From positions 1 to 60,826 of the forward strand of contig JANWXE010000081.1 in assembly GCA_025055385.1 (NCBI GenBank): a stretch of 60,826 nt of DNA, written 5' to 3'. Origin of the DNA: Burkholderiaceae bacterium (lineage in GTDB: Bacteria > Pseudomonadota > Gammaproteobacteria > Burkholderiales > Burkholderiaceae_F). Position numbers and translations under genes: made by a program. Positions 52,641 through 60,826 of the stretch are shown in pieces; within the stretch, counting starts at the first letter, position 1, and the number at the start of each line of letters is the position of its first letter. The notes under the pieces were generated by a model, which was not told the DNA's origin, did no database searches, and was given only the letters and a program-made list of their open reading frames with translations.

Positions 52641-54047
52641 CTAGCGAACAAACTCCGGGGCAGCCGCCGTGCCGGCCACCCGAAGGCTTAGCGGCGCCTG
52701 CACGCGGTCGCCGCCGAGATCGACCCGCAGCCGCCCCGTCAGCGAACCGTCCTGCTTGATGGTTACCTGTCCTCTTGCGGTCAACGCCCCGGCGCGCGCG
52801 TGAAGATCCTGTAACGAAGCGCCCGCGGGCCCAAGGACCAGCCAGCCGTTGAAATCGGTGAATCGCGTCGTGCCCCCGCCGCCCGATACCGAGCCAGGCC
52901 GCGTGGCCACATACCCAAGGTTAATGCCGTGAATCGTGGCCCAACGGACCTTAAACGGCCCAGCTGCGCGGCTTCCCGCCACAGCCTCCTCTAAGCTGGC
53001 GCCCTCACCCGAAATCAGCAGGTCAAAGTCCAGCGTGCCTGCAACCGCGGCAGGACCTCTTCGACCGCCTTTGCTAACGTCGTCACCCCCCCCGGCCGGG
53101 CGCGCGAAGGATTCAATGTCGAGGTTGGCGCCGACCGCGAAGCCGGTCACCGCCCAGAATTGATCGGCCGCCGCAAACAGCGAGCCGCGGATCGAGCCAA
53201 AATATCCTGCTAAAAGAAACTCCGAAACCTCGACGAAGCCCGCCCGCGCCAAGCCATAGCCTCGAGCCTCGCTCCACTGCACGGGTGGACCCACCGTTGC
53301 CTGCCACGAGGCTCCGTCGAATTGAAAGCGGACCCCCTCCCCCCCTTCTGAAGGCCAAAGATTCACTGTCAGGTTGTCCCGAAGGCTTCGCAAGCTCCAT
53401 GTGCCAAACGCACCGTCTACCTGTCGGCGGACTACAGCCTCAAACGGACCACTTGGTACCAGCGGGCCGGTCAGCTCGATTGATTCGAACCGAATTGAAG
53501 CAATTGCCTGTGGCAACGCCGCCCCAATCGCAGGCAACACCTGCACGAGCAAGCTCAGTTGATCGAGCGATAGCGCCGTCGGGCCCACGCGCGCCTCACC
53601 CCACGTCCAGCCCCCCCGCTGCAGGGCCCGCCATGCGTCTTCCCAATTGAAGAGAACGGACACCGCCTCAGCCCGCCAGGCGTTACCTAATTCAAGCCCT
53701 TCTACGATGAAACGCGGACTTGGTAACCATTGAATACGCGTGTCACCGACGTGCACCGCCAGGCCGGCCCCCGCCCCAAGCCGTTGCGCGATACGCGCTG
53801 GGGCCAGCTCAGCCCGAAACGGCTCGGAATGTTGCCAGGCGACCCAGCCCGCCACCAGGACGAGCCCAAGTAGCAGCACACGCAATAGCCAGACGCGGAC
53901 CGCATACCAGTCCACGTTAAACCGCTCACGACGTTGGCTTTCCTCGTCGGCCCGCGCGCGCACCTCCTGCACATCCAAGCGGTCAGGTACGTTTACCGTC
54001 GTGACGACGAAATCGGTCGACGGGGTGGTATCCGTCACCCTACCCAT
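52641..54047 (-). CDS. membrane-anchored hypothetical protein, possibly AsmA-like
   Basis: ATG with GAGG upstream. About 55-aa charged N-terminus, a single TM (VWLLRVLLLGLVLVAGWVAW), then a large Gly/Ala/Val-rich domain. Resemblance to AsmA N- and C-terminal segments (IQWLPSPRFIVEGLELGN; PLSLRVAGTAAAPEF) is judged by eye only. Confidence 0.45.
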   Translation of the reverse strand: MGRVTDTTPSTDFVVTTVNVPDRLDVQEVRARADEESQRRERFNVDWYAVRVWLLRVLLLGLVLVAGWVAWQHSEPFRAELAPARIAQRLGAGAGLAVHVGDTRIQWLPSPRFIVEGLELGNAWRAEAVSVLFNWEDAWRALQRGGWTWGEARVGPTALSLDQLSLLVQVLPAIGAALPQAIASIRFESIELTGPLVPSGPFEAVVRRQVDGAFGTWSLRSLRDNLTVNLWPSEGGEGVRFQFDGASWQATVGPPVQWSEARGYGLARAGFVEVSEFLLAGYFGSIRGSLFAAADQFWAVTGFAVGANLDIESFARPAGGGDDVSKGGRRGPAAVAGTLDFDLLISGEGASLEEAVAGSRAAGPFKVRWATIHGINLGYVATRPGSVSGGGGTTRFTDFNGWLVLGPAGASLQDLHARAGALTARGQVTIKQDGSLTGRLRVDLGGDRVQAPLSLRVAGTAAAPEFVR

Positions 54048-54201
54048 CCCAGTCCTCTCATGGCTCGCCGCGGGCGGATCGCATCAGAACACGCCCAACA
54101 GACCGTCGAGGCAACCCCCGTGGCCTCGATCATGCAGACCGCGGTTAGATTGTATCGGCCGAGTACCGCGCTTTCTGGGCGTCTTTCACTAGCCCGCAGC
54201 T

Positions 54202-56040
54202 TTAGATCGTCGCGAACCGAGCGGCGAGCTCGCGCCGCAGCTGCTCCAGAACCGGCGGCAGGCGGTCGCGAAGCCGATCGAAAAGCTCCGCGTGAGACTC
54301 AAGCTCAGCGCGCCACGCTTGCGCATGGATCGCCATCAGCTCCTCGAAGGAGGACCGCGAGAAATCGAGCCCGTCCCAATTTAAGTCTTCGTAGCGCGGC
54401 GAGATGCCAAGCGCATGTTCGACGCCGCCAGCCTCGCCTCGGATTCGCCCCACGATCCACTGCAACACGCGCATGTTCTCCGCGAAGCCGGGCCAGATGA
54501 ACGCGCCATGGGCGTCGGTGCGGAACCAATTCACGTAGAAGATTTTCGGCGGCCTGCCTCCGCTGCGGGTCAGCCGCTCGCCCATCCGCAGCCAGTGCTG
54601 GAAGTAATCCCCCATGTGATAGCCGCAGAACGGCAACATGGCGAATGGATCGCGCCGCAGCACCCCCTGCGCTCCCGCTTGCGCGGCCGTGGTCTCCGAC
54701 CCAAGCGTCGCTGCGAGGTAGACGCCTTCGAGCCAGCTGCGCGCCTCGGTAACCAGCGGCACGGTCGTCGCACGACGGCCCCCGAACACGAACGCATCGA
54801 TCGGAACGCCGTCCGGATTTTCCCAATCCGCATCCATTGACGGGCATTGCGCGGCAGCCACCGTAAAGCGCGCATTCGGATGGGCCGCCTTACGGCCGCA
54901 ACCGGGCGTCCAATCCTTGCCCTGCCAATCGAGCAAGTGCGCGGGCGGCGGCGACAGACCTTCCCACCAAACATCACCGTCGTCGGTGAGAGCCACATTG
55001 GTGAAGATGACGTTCTCCCGCAGCGTTTCCACCGCATTGCGGTTAGTCTGCGCGCCGGTGCCGGGCGCCACGCCGAAGAACCCCGCCTCTGGGTTAATCG
55101 CATACAGGCGGCCGTCAGCCTGCGGCTTGATCCAGGCGATGTCCTCGCCGATGGTGGTCACCTTCCAGCCGCTGAGCGCCGGCGGCGGGATCAACATCGC
55201 GAAATTGGTCTTACCGCAGGCCGAGGGGAACGCAGCAGCGATGCGGTATTTGCGTCCATCCGGCGCGGTCACCGCCAGGATCAGCATGTGCTCGGCGAGC
55301 CACCCCTGATCCCGACCCATCACCGAGGCGATGCGCAGGGCTAAGCATTTCTTGCCAAGCAAAGCGTTGCCGCCGTAACCGGAGCCATAGCTCCAGATTT
55401 CGCGCGTGGCCGGAAAATGCACGATGTACTTGGTGGGATTGCACGGCCAGGGCACATCCTTTTCGCCCGGCGCAAGCGGCCGGCCAACCGAGTGCACGCA
55501 CGGCACGAACTCGCCGTCGCTGCCCAGCACGTCGTAGACCGCCCGACCCATGCGTGTCATCAGCCGCATGTTGACAACGACGTAGGGGCTGTCGGTCAGC
55601 TCTACACCGATTTGCGCGATGCGCGAACCGAGCGGCCCCATCGAGAACGGCACGACATAAAGCGTCCGCCCGCGCATGCAGCCGGCAAACAGCGACTGCA
55701 ACGTACGCCGCATAGCTTCAGGCGCGATCCAGTTGTTCGTCGGCCCCGCATCGGCAGGATCATCCGTGCAAATGAACGTCCGATCCTCGACGCGGGCGAC
55801 ATCACTTGGATCAGACCACGCCAAATACGAGTTCGGGCGCTTAGCGGGGTTCAACCGCTTCAGCGTCCCCGCCTTGACCATCTCTTCACAGAGGCGGTCA
55901 AACTCCTGGGCCGAGCCGTCAGCCCAAACGATACGGTCGGGCTGCGTCAGCCGCGCGATGTCGGCAACCCAGGCAATTAGCTTACGATGCTTCACATACC
56001 CCGGCGCGTCAAACGCCGGTCTAGACAATACGGCGCTCAT
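54202..56040 (-). CDS. pckG: phosphoenolpyruvate carboxykinase (GTP)
   Basis: GTP-PEPCK signatures [15 protein letters not shown] and FPSACGKTN. About 612 aa from ATG 56040 (GGAGA upstream). Confidence 0.95.
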   Translation of the reverse strand: MSAVLSRPAFDAPGYVKHRKLIAWVADIARLTQPDRIVWADGSAQEFDRLCEEMVKAGTLKRLNPAKRPNSYLAWSDPSDVARVEDRTFICTDDPADAGPTNNWIAPEAMRRTLQSLFAGCMRGRTLYVVPFSMGPLGSRIAQIGVELTDSPYVVVNMRLMTRMGRAVYDVLGSDGEFVPCVHSVGRPLAPGEKDVPWPCNPTKYIVHFPATREIWSYGSGYGGNALLGKKCLALRIASVMGRDQGWLAEHMLILAVTAPDGRKYRIAAAFPSACGKTNFAMLIPPPALSGWKVTTIGEDIAWIKPQADGRLYAINPEAGFFGVAPGTGAQTNRNAVETLRENVIFTNVALTDDGDVWWEGLSPPPAHLLDWQGKDWTPGCGRKAAHPNARFTVAAAQCPSMDADWENPDGVPIDAFVFGGRRATTVPLVTEARSWLEGVYLAATLGSETTAAQAGAQGVLRRDPFAMLPFCGYHMGDYFQHWLRMGERLTRSGGRPPKIFYVNWFRTDAHGAFIWPGFAENMRVLQWIVGRIRGEAGGVEHALGISPRYEDLNWDGLDFSRSSFEELMAIHAQAWRAELESHAELFDRLRDRLPPVLEQLRRELAARFATI

Positions 56041-56310
56041 TGCGTACGTCTCCGTGCGGCCGCAGTCATTGGCCGCCCCAAGACCGTGGTGGTTTATTTG
56101 CACGGCTTATGGCCGTGTGCGTCGGGGGTCTTCGCGGTCTGGGTCGCCGCGCCGCCGCAGTTAAGGGTGGCAGTCTAACCTGATGCCGCCTTCAAGCGCA
56201 TCGGCAGCCTTCGCCGGCCTTTCGCAATGCGGAGCGCGATCTCTGTGTGAACGTAGGCCGCATTGGCCGCTTCTTGCATGGGGATCCTTCCGCAGGCACA
56301 GTGTGCGCCT

Positions 56311-57315
56311 ATGCGCATCGCTATCCTTGATGATTACCAAGACGTCGTCCGCCATTTGGATTGCTTTCGTCTGCTTGACGGACATGAAGTTAGGGTTTTT
56401 ACCCACCCCGCCCGCGGCGCCGGCCAGCTTGCTGCCAGACTTGCCGGATTTGACGCCGTCGTGCTGACCCGCGAGCGGACCAGGCTCGGCGAAGACGTCC
56501 TTGCACGTCTGCCAAATCTGCGTCTGATTTGCCAAACAGGGAAAGTTGGCCCTCACATCGACGTGGCGGCGTGTACCCGACGCGGGATTGTCGTCACCGA
56601 ATCCTCCGGTTACCCAACCGCAACGGCCGAATTCACCTGGCTGCTCATCCTTGCGGCCATGCGGCGGCTACCGGCCTACCTAAAGAACCTGTACGCCGGT
56701 CAGTGGCAACGCAGTATCCCCGCATCGCCAGCCTGGCCGCTTGCCGGATTGGGTGAATCGCTCGCCGGTAAAACCCTCGGCATCTGGGGCTACGGTCGCA
56801 TCGGGCAAATCGTCGGCCGCTTCGGCCGCGCCTTTGGGATGTCCGTGCTCATTCACGGACGTGAGTCCTCGCTTGCGGCGGCAGCAGCCGATGGCTTTAC
56901 ACCAGTGCCCGATCGCGCCGAATTCTTTGCCGCCTGCGACGTCCTGACGCTGCACCTGCGGCTAGTCGAGCAAACGCGCGGAATCGTAACGTCGCAGCTG
57001 CTGGCGCGGATGAAACCGAACGCGCTGCTTGTCAACACCAGCCGCGCTGAGCTGATCGAGCCTGGCGCGCTCGTGGCCGCGCTGCGCGCCGGGCGCCCTG
57101 GCCTTGCCGCGGTGGATGTGTTCGAGCGTGAGCCAGTCACGCTTGACGAGCCGCTGCTTGCGTTGCCGAACGCCGTCTGTACGCCGCATCTTGGCTTCAC
57201 CGAGCGGCAATCCTACGAACGGCTGTTCGGCGGCGCGTTTCGCAATCTGCTCGCTTTTGTCGACGGCTGCCCATCCGGTGTAGCCAATCCGGAAGTGCTG
57301 ACCGCGTGTCGATGA
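56311..57315 (+). CDS. D-isomer-specific 2-hydroxyacid dehydrogenase family protein
   Basis: Start MRIAILDDYQD. NAD-binding GIWGYGRIGQIVGRFGRAFGM. Catalytic-region pattern LVNTSRAELI...DVFEREP...TPHLGF. Confidence 0.85.
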   Translation: MRIAILDDYQDVVRHLDCFRLLDGHEVRVFTHPARGAGQLAARLAGFDAVVLTRERTRLGEDVLARLPNLRLICQTGKVGPHIDVAACTRRGIVVTESSGYPTATAEFTWLLILAAMRRLPAYLKNLYAGQWQRSIPASPAWPLAGLGESLAGKTLGIWGYGRIGQIVGRFGRAFGMSVLIHGRESSLAAAAADGFTPVPDRAEFFAACDVLTLHLRLVEQTRGIVTSQLLARMKPNALLVNTSRAELIEPGALVAALRAGRPGLAAVDVFEREPVTLDEPLLALPNAVCTPHLGFTERQSYERLFGGAFRNLLAFVDGCPSGVANPEVLTACR

Positions 57316-58487
57316 CAGCGCGCGCCTGGCTATGGTCGCTGTTGTTCGGCAACCTGGCAATCGGCACTGGGGTAATGTTGGTGGCCGGCGTTTTGAACGA
57401 GCTGGCCGCTGATCTGCAGGTCACGCCGCCGGTAGCCGGTCAATTAATTTCGGCCGCTGCGGCCGTGATGGCAATCGGGGCACCGCTAGCGGCCGCTGTC
57501 ACCGCCCGTTTCGACCGACGCCTGCTGCTTGCCGCCACACTGGCCTGGTATGCCGCCGGCCTTCTGGCGTGCGCCGCCGCACCGACCTTTGAGGCGTTGC
57601 TCGTTCTACGCCTGCTGACCGTTGTGTCAGCTGCCATCTTCACACCGCAAGCCGCAGCCGCTGTCGCGCTCCTTGCGCCGCCTGAAACGCGCGGACGCGC
57701 CATCGCGTTCACCTTTCTTGGTTGGGCCATCGCCTCGGTGGCCAGCATTCCTGCCAGCGCTGCGATTGCCGGCACCTTCGGCTGGCGCACCGCCTTTGCG
57801 GTCGCCGGCGTTCTAGCTGCCCTCGCGGCGCTTGGGGTCGCAGCGGCGCTGCCGCCCGGCTTACGTGCGCAGGCGTTGCCGGCGCGCGCCTGGCTGGAGG
57901 TCGCACGTCATCCGCTGCTGCCGCGTGTGCTGGCAGTCACCGTGATCTCCGCCTCGGGCCAATTTGCGGTCTTCGCCTTTATTGCGCCCTACCTGCTGTG
58001 GCTGCTAGAGGCCGACGCCAATGAACGCGCCATCGCGCTGGCATGGATCGGCGTCTTCGGCCTGCTCGGAAACGTCGCGGTGGCGCGCGGGATCGACCGT
58101 CTGCGCGCCGACCGCACAGCCGCGCTCACGCTTGGTGCGATGTTGGTCGGCATCGCCCTGCTGCCGGCTGCCGGCAAGCTGAAACCGCTTGCGCCGCTTG
58201 CGCTAGCCGCTTGGGGCTTCGGCACATTTGGCAGCAACTCCTCGCAGCAAGTGCGGCTGGCCGAAATTGCCCCAGCCCTTGCCCCAGCGTCGATTGCGCT
58301 GAACACCTCGGCCATCTATCTTGGCCAGGCCGTGGGAAGTTGCCTTGGCGGCCTGCTGTATGGCTATACCGGTGTGGCCTGGCTACCCTGGCTTGCCGCA
58401 GGGCTAATGGCGAGCGCTTTGGTGCTATCGCTTGCCGTCAGCCGCCAACGTCGGCTCGCCGGGCCAGCATCAACCGGCCCGTGCTGA
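57312..58487 (+). CDS. MFS transporter
   Basis: 12 predicted TM helices with an MFS-type loop (TARFDRRLLL). ATG at 57312 overlaps the upstream stop (ATGA). Confidence 0.85.
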   Translation: MTARAWLWSLLFGNLAIGTGVMLVAGVLNELAADLQVTPPVAGQLISAAAAVMAIGAPLAAAVTARFDRRLLLAATLAWYAAGLLACAAAPTFEALLVLRLLTVVSAAIFTPQAAAAVALLAPPETRGRAIAFTFLGWAIASVASIPASAAIAGTFGWRTAFAVAGVLAALAALGVAAALPPGLRAQALPARAWLEVARHPLLPRVLAVTVISASGQFAVFAFIAPYLLWLLEADANERAIALAWIGVFGLLGNVAVARGIDRLRADRTAALTLGAMLVGIALLPAAGKLKPLAPLALAAWGFGTFGSNSSQQVRLAEIAPALAPASIALNTSAIYLGQAVGSCLGGLLYGYTGVAWLPWLAAGLMASALVLSLAVSRQRRLAGPASTGPC

Positions 58488-58498
58488 GCGCTGCGCTT

Positions 58499-58705
58499 TT
58501 ACGCAAGCGGCACGATGTCAACGGCCTGCGGGCCCTTCTGGCCTTGCTGGATCTGGTACTGAACCCGCTGGTTTTCCTTCAGCGTCCGAAAGCCCCTGAC
58601 TTTGATACCACTGTAGTGGGCGAAAAGATCTGCGCCGCCGTCATCCGGCCTGATGAAGCCAAACCCCTTCGCTTCGTTAAACCACTTGACGGTCCCTGTC
58701 GGCAT
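58499..58705 (-). CDS. cspA: cold-shock protein (CspA family)
   Basis: [34 protein letters not shown] contains the RNP1 and RNP2 motifs. GGAG lies 9 nt upstream of ATG 58705. About 300 nt of untranslated upstream region. Confidence 0.95.
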   Translation of the reverse strand: MPTGTVKWFNEAKGFGFIRPDDGGADLFAHYSGIKVRGFRTLKENQRVQYQIQQGQKGPQAVDIVPLA

Positions 58706-59009
58706 AGACACTTACTCCGGTTGATGAACGCGGGATGCGCCCGCGACGCGCAAGCGACTCGGCGTGGGTCATGCCATGGCAGGAACTGCCAAACGGAACA
58801 CCTGGCGGCCGTCTGTGGCGCCAGCCCGCGCCGGCGCACAGACAGGAAGGAACGAACCGGGCAAACACTGAAAGCAAAACCACAGCCGCACCATCGACTG
58901 CATCGTCACCGTACACCAGCTGCGCCGAAAAGGCCAGCCATAGCACCCCAGGACTTTCCTGAGCTCGATTGCCTCGGCAGGCGGTGCCCTGCACAGACCC
59001 CTGCGGCTT

Positions 59010-60059
59010 TTAGCGACGCTTGGCGCCGGCTAAGGACCGTACAACGCGGTACAACGGGCCAATTAGCACCACCAGCAGCGCCATGCGGATGCCGTGGAAC
59101 GCAGTGACGACCGGTGCACCAAGTGCGAGCACCTTGGCGGTGATCGCCATCTCGCTGATGCCACCCGGTGTGGTCGCCAAAACGGCGGTGGCTGTCGGCA
59201 GTCCGGACGCCAGCGCGACCACCACGCCGAAGGCAGCAGTCGCCGCTAGATACCCTACTGTGATCAGAACCACCGCCAGCAGAAAATGCGGCGCCGCGCG
59301 GAAGAACTCTGGCGAGAAACGGGCGCCGAGCGCCACTCCGATCAGCAGCTGCCCGGCGTTTAAAACGGTCGCTGGCAGTGCCGACCAAGCCAGGCCGCCG
59401 GCGGTCAACACCGCTGTCACCAGCAGGGGGCCGAGCATGTACACATTCGGCGTGCCCAACCGTCGCAGCACAATGGCCCCGCCGCCCGTCACCGCGACCA
59501 GGACCACGAAGCCGACCGCATCGAACTGCCGCGCTGCCGGTACATAGGGATCGCTGCCGCTGACGCCGATGGCTTGCATCGCCCAGGGCACGATCACCGC
59601 CACTAACATCATGCGCAGGCTATGCGCAGCAGCCACCCGGTCGACGCGGCCTCCGTATCGTTCCGCCTGAGCAGCCATCTCGCTTGCGCCGCCGATGGCC
59701 ATCGCAAAGAAGCAAGTCGCGGTTGCCTCACCGGTGAGCCGCCGCAGCGCCCAAGCGCCAACCAACCCCAGCACGACCGCAAACGCCAATGCACCCGCAA
59801 TCCACGGCGCCAGCCGCACGACTTGGCGCACGACCTCCGGGGTGAAATACAAACCGAGCGCGACGCCGATGATCCACTGCCCGATGTCGCGCCCGTACGG
59901 CAGCGATGGCAGCCGGCCACCCGCGAGATTGCAGCCTGCCACCGCCAGTAGCGGTCCGATAAACCAAGGCAGCGGCACACCCGCGAGTACCGCCGCTGCC
60001 GCCCCGATCAGCGCGGCGCCGACTGTTTTTAGTAGCCCAGGCCATTGCCGCTGCGCCAT
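59010..60059 (-). CDS. AbrB-family membrane protein (duplicated AbrB/putative ammonia monooxygenase-like domain)
   Basis: Polytopic. LPWFIGPLLAVA... and LGTPNVYMLGPLLVTAVL... are internal repeats, and GGISEMAITA is a motif typical of PF05145-type proteins. ATG at 60059. Confidence 0.75.
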   Translation of the reverse strand: MAQRQWPGLLKTVGAALIGAAAAVLAGVPLPWFIGPLLAVAGCNLAGGRLPSLPYGRDIGQWIIGVALGLYFTPEVVRQVVRLAPWIAGALAFAVVLGLVGAWALRRLTGEATATCFFAMAIGGASEMAAQAERYGGRVDRVAAAHSLRMMLVAVIVPWAMQAIGVSGSDPYVPAARQFDAVGFVVLVAVTGGGAIVLRRLGTPNVYMLGPLLVTAVLTAGGLAWSALPATVLNAGQLLIGVALGARFSPEFFRAAPHFLLAVVLITVGYLAATAAFGVVVALASGLPTATAVLATTPGGISEMAITAKVLALGAPVVTAFHGIRMALLVVLIGPLYRVVRSLAGAKRR

Positions 60060-60292
60060 CTTGCGCTGCCGCCGCTGCGTACCCGCTTGCGCGTCAATCT
60101 GCACGCCGCGATGCCGGCCGCACAGGCTCAATCAGATTCTGCCCTGCGCCCTCGCCATCCCGGCTAGGGCATAGCGCTCCCGACCCGCTTCTGCAGCCGC
60201 TCAACAAACACACGCTCCGCAACCAAGACGCGATTGACGCTGCTTTACGCCGGTCACGCGAACCCTCGCGCACCTCGGCCCTGCGCCACGCC

Positions 60293-60826
60293 TCAGCTGG
60301 CCCGTTCCGAGCCGCGCGCCTGGCGCGTCCGGCGCCAACGGCGCGCCAGCCACGGCAGCACCAGCAGCGCCGCGGTCAGCGCGAGGATCGACGCCGCCAG
60401 CGGCGACGTCAAGAACACGCTGGCATCGCCCTGGCTGATGGCGAGCGCGCGCCGGAACTGCGACTCCGCCAGCGGCCCCAAGATAAGCCCGATGACGGCC
60501 GGTGCCACCGGAAAATCCCAGCGCCGCATCGCAAAGCCCAGCAGCCCGAACACGTACAGCATGATCAAATCGACCGCCGACTGGTGCAGGCTGTAGGCGC
60601 CCATCGTGGCGAAGACCAGGATGCCGGCATACAGCAGCGGTTTCGGGATCGCCAGCACGCGCACCCAGATGCCGATCAGCGGCAGATTCAGCACCAGCAG
60701 CAGCACGTTGCCGATGTAAAGGCTCGCGATCAGCGCCCAGACCAGCGTCGCCTGGGATTGAAACAGCAGCGGCCCCGGCTGGATGCCGTAATTCTGGAAC
60801 GCCGCCAGCAGGATGGCCGCCGTTGC
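60293..60826 (-). CDS. tctA: tripartite tricarboxylate transporter TctA-family permease, C-terminal part; the gene continues beyond the window end
   Basis: The frame stays open to the window edge: ...[49 protein letters not shown]...[12 protein letters not shown] is typical TctA. Confidence 0.85.
   Translation of the reverse strand, partial: ATAAILLAAFQNYGIQPGPLLFQSQATLVWALIASLYIGNVLLLVLNLPLIGIWVRVLAIPKPLLYAGILVFATMGAYSLHQSAVDLIMLYVFGLLGFAMRRWDFPVAPAVIGLILGPLAESQFRRALAISQGDASVFLTSPLAASILALTAALLVLPWLARRWRRTRQARGSERAS

Noticed and set aside
53086-53617. Homopolymeric C tracts (C8 at 53086..53093, C5-T-C7 at 53333..53345, C7 at 53611..53617) in the AsmA-like gene as phase-variation switches.
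   Set aside because: Runs of 7-8 G/C are not clearly unexpected at this base composition. They encode ordinary Gly-Gly segments in frame, and nothing else suggests contingency behaviour. This would need population sequencing to revisit.

Overview
This is a high-GC chromosomal segment with betaproteobacterial (Burkholderiales-like) gene content and origin-proximal synteny. On the minus strand it carries mnmG(gidA)-rsmG(gidB)-parA-parB-atpIBEFHAGDC. It also carries glmS/glmU, a DUF971-ubiE-Tim44-like-GNAT-ubiJ-ubiB ubiquinone cluster, priA, hemE, GTP-type pckG, the fused isobutyryl-CoA mutase icmF, a 7TMR-DISM diguanylate cyclase, a TonB-dependent receptor, cspA and several transporters. Almost all genes are co-oriented on the minus strand.

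The only accessory-looking block is about 18.6-33.8 kb. It holds two tandem, paralogous type IVa minor-pilin/PilY1 operons (fimT/fimU-pilV-pilW-pilX-pilY1-pilE) and a third, divergently oriented fimT-like gene next to tRNA-Arg(CCG).

I found no convincing novel multi-gene system: no CRISPR, integrase, transposase, toxin-antitoxin or recognisable defence genes. The items worth a second look are smaller:
- differences between the two PilY1 paralogs at the EF-hand-like calcium loop
- a small secreted Lys-rich repeat protein missed by the ORF track
- a perfect 20-bp palindrome over the predicted icmF promoter
- a near-consensus parS just upstream of mnmG
- a DnaA-box pair in an AT-rich island upstream of priA
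- a 0.5-kb gap with no credible gene

The ORF track opens each ORF at the first ATG/GTG/TTG, so many track ORFs carry spurious N-terminal extensions. Starts below were re-called from family N-termini, Shine-Dalgarno sequences and stop/start overlaps. All functional calls come from motif recognition by eye; no database search was possible.
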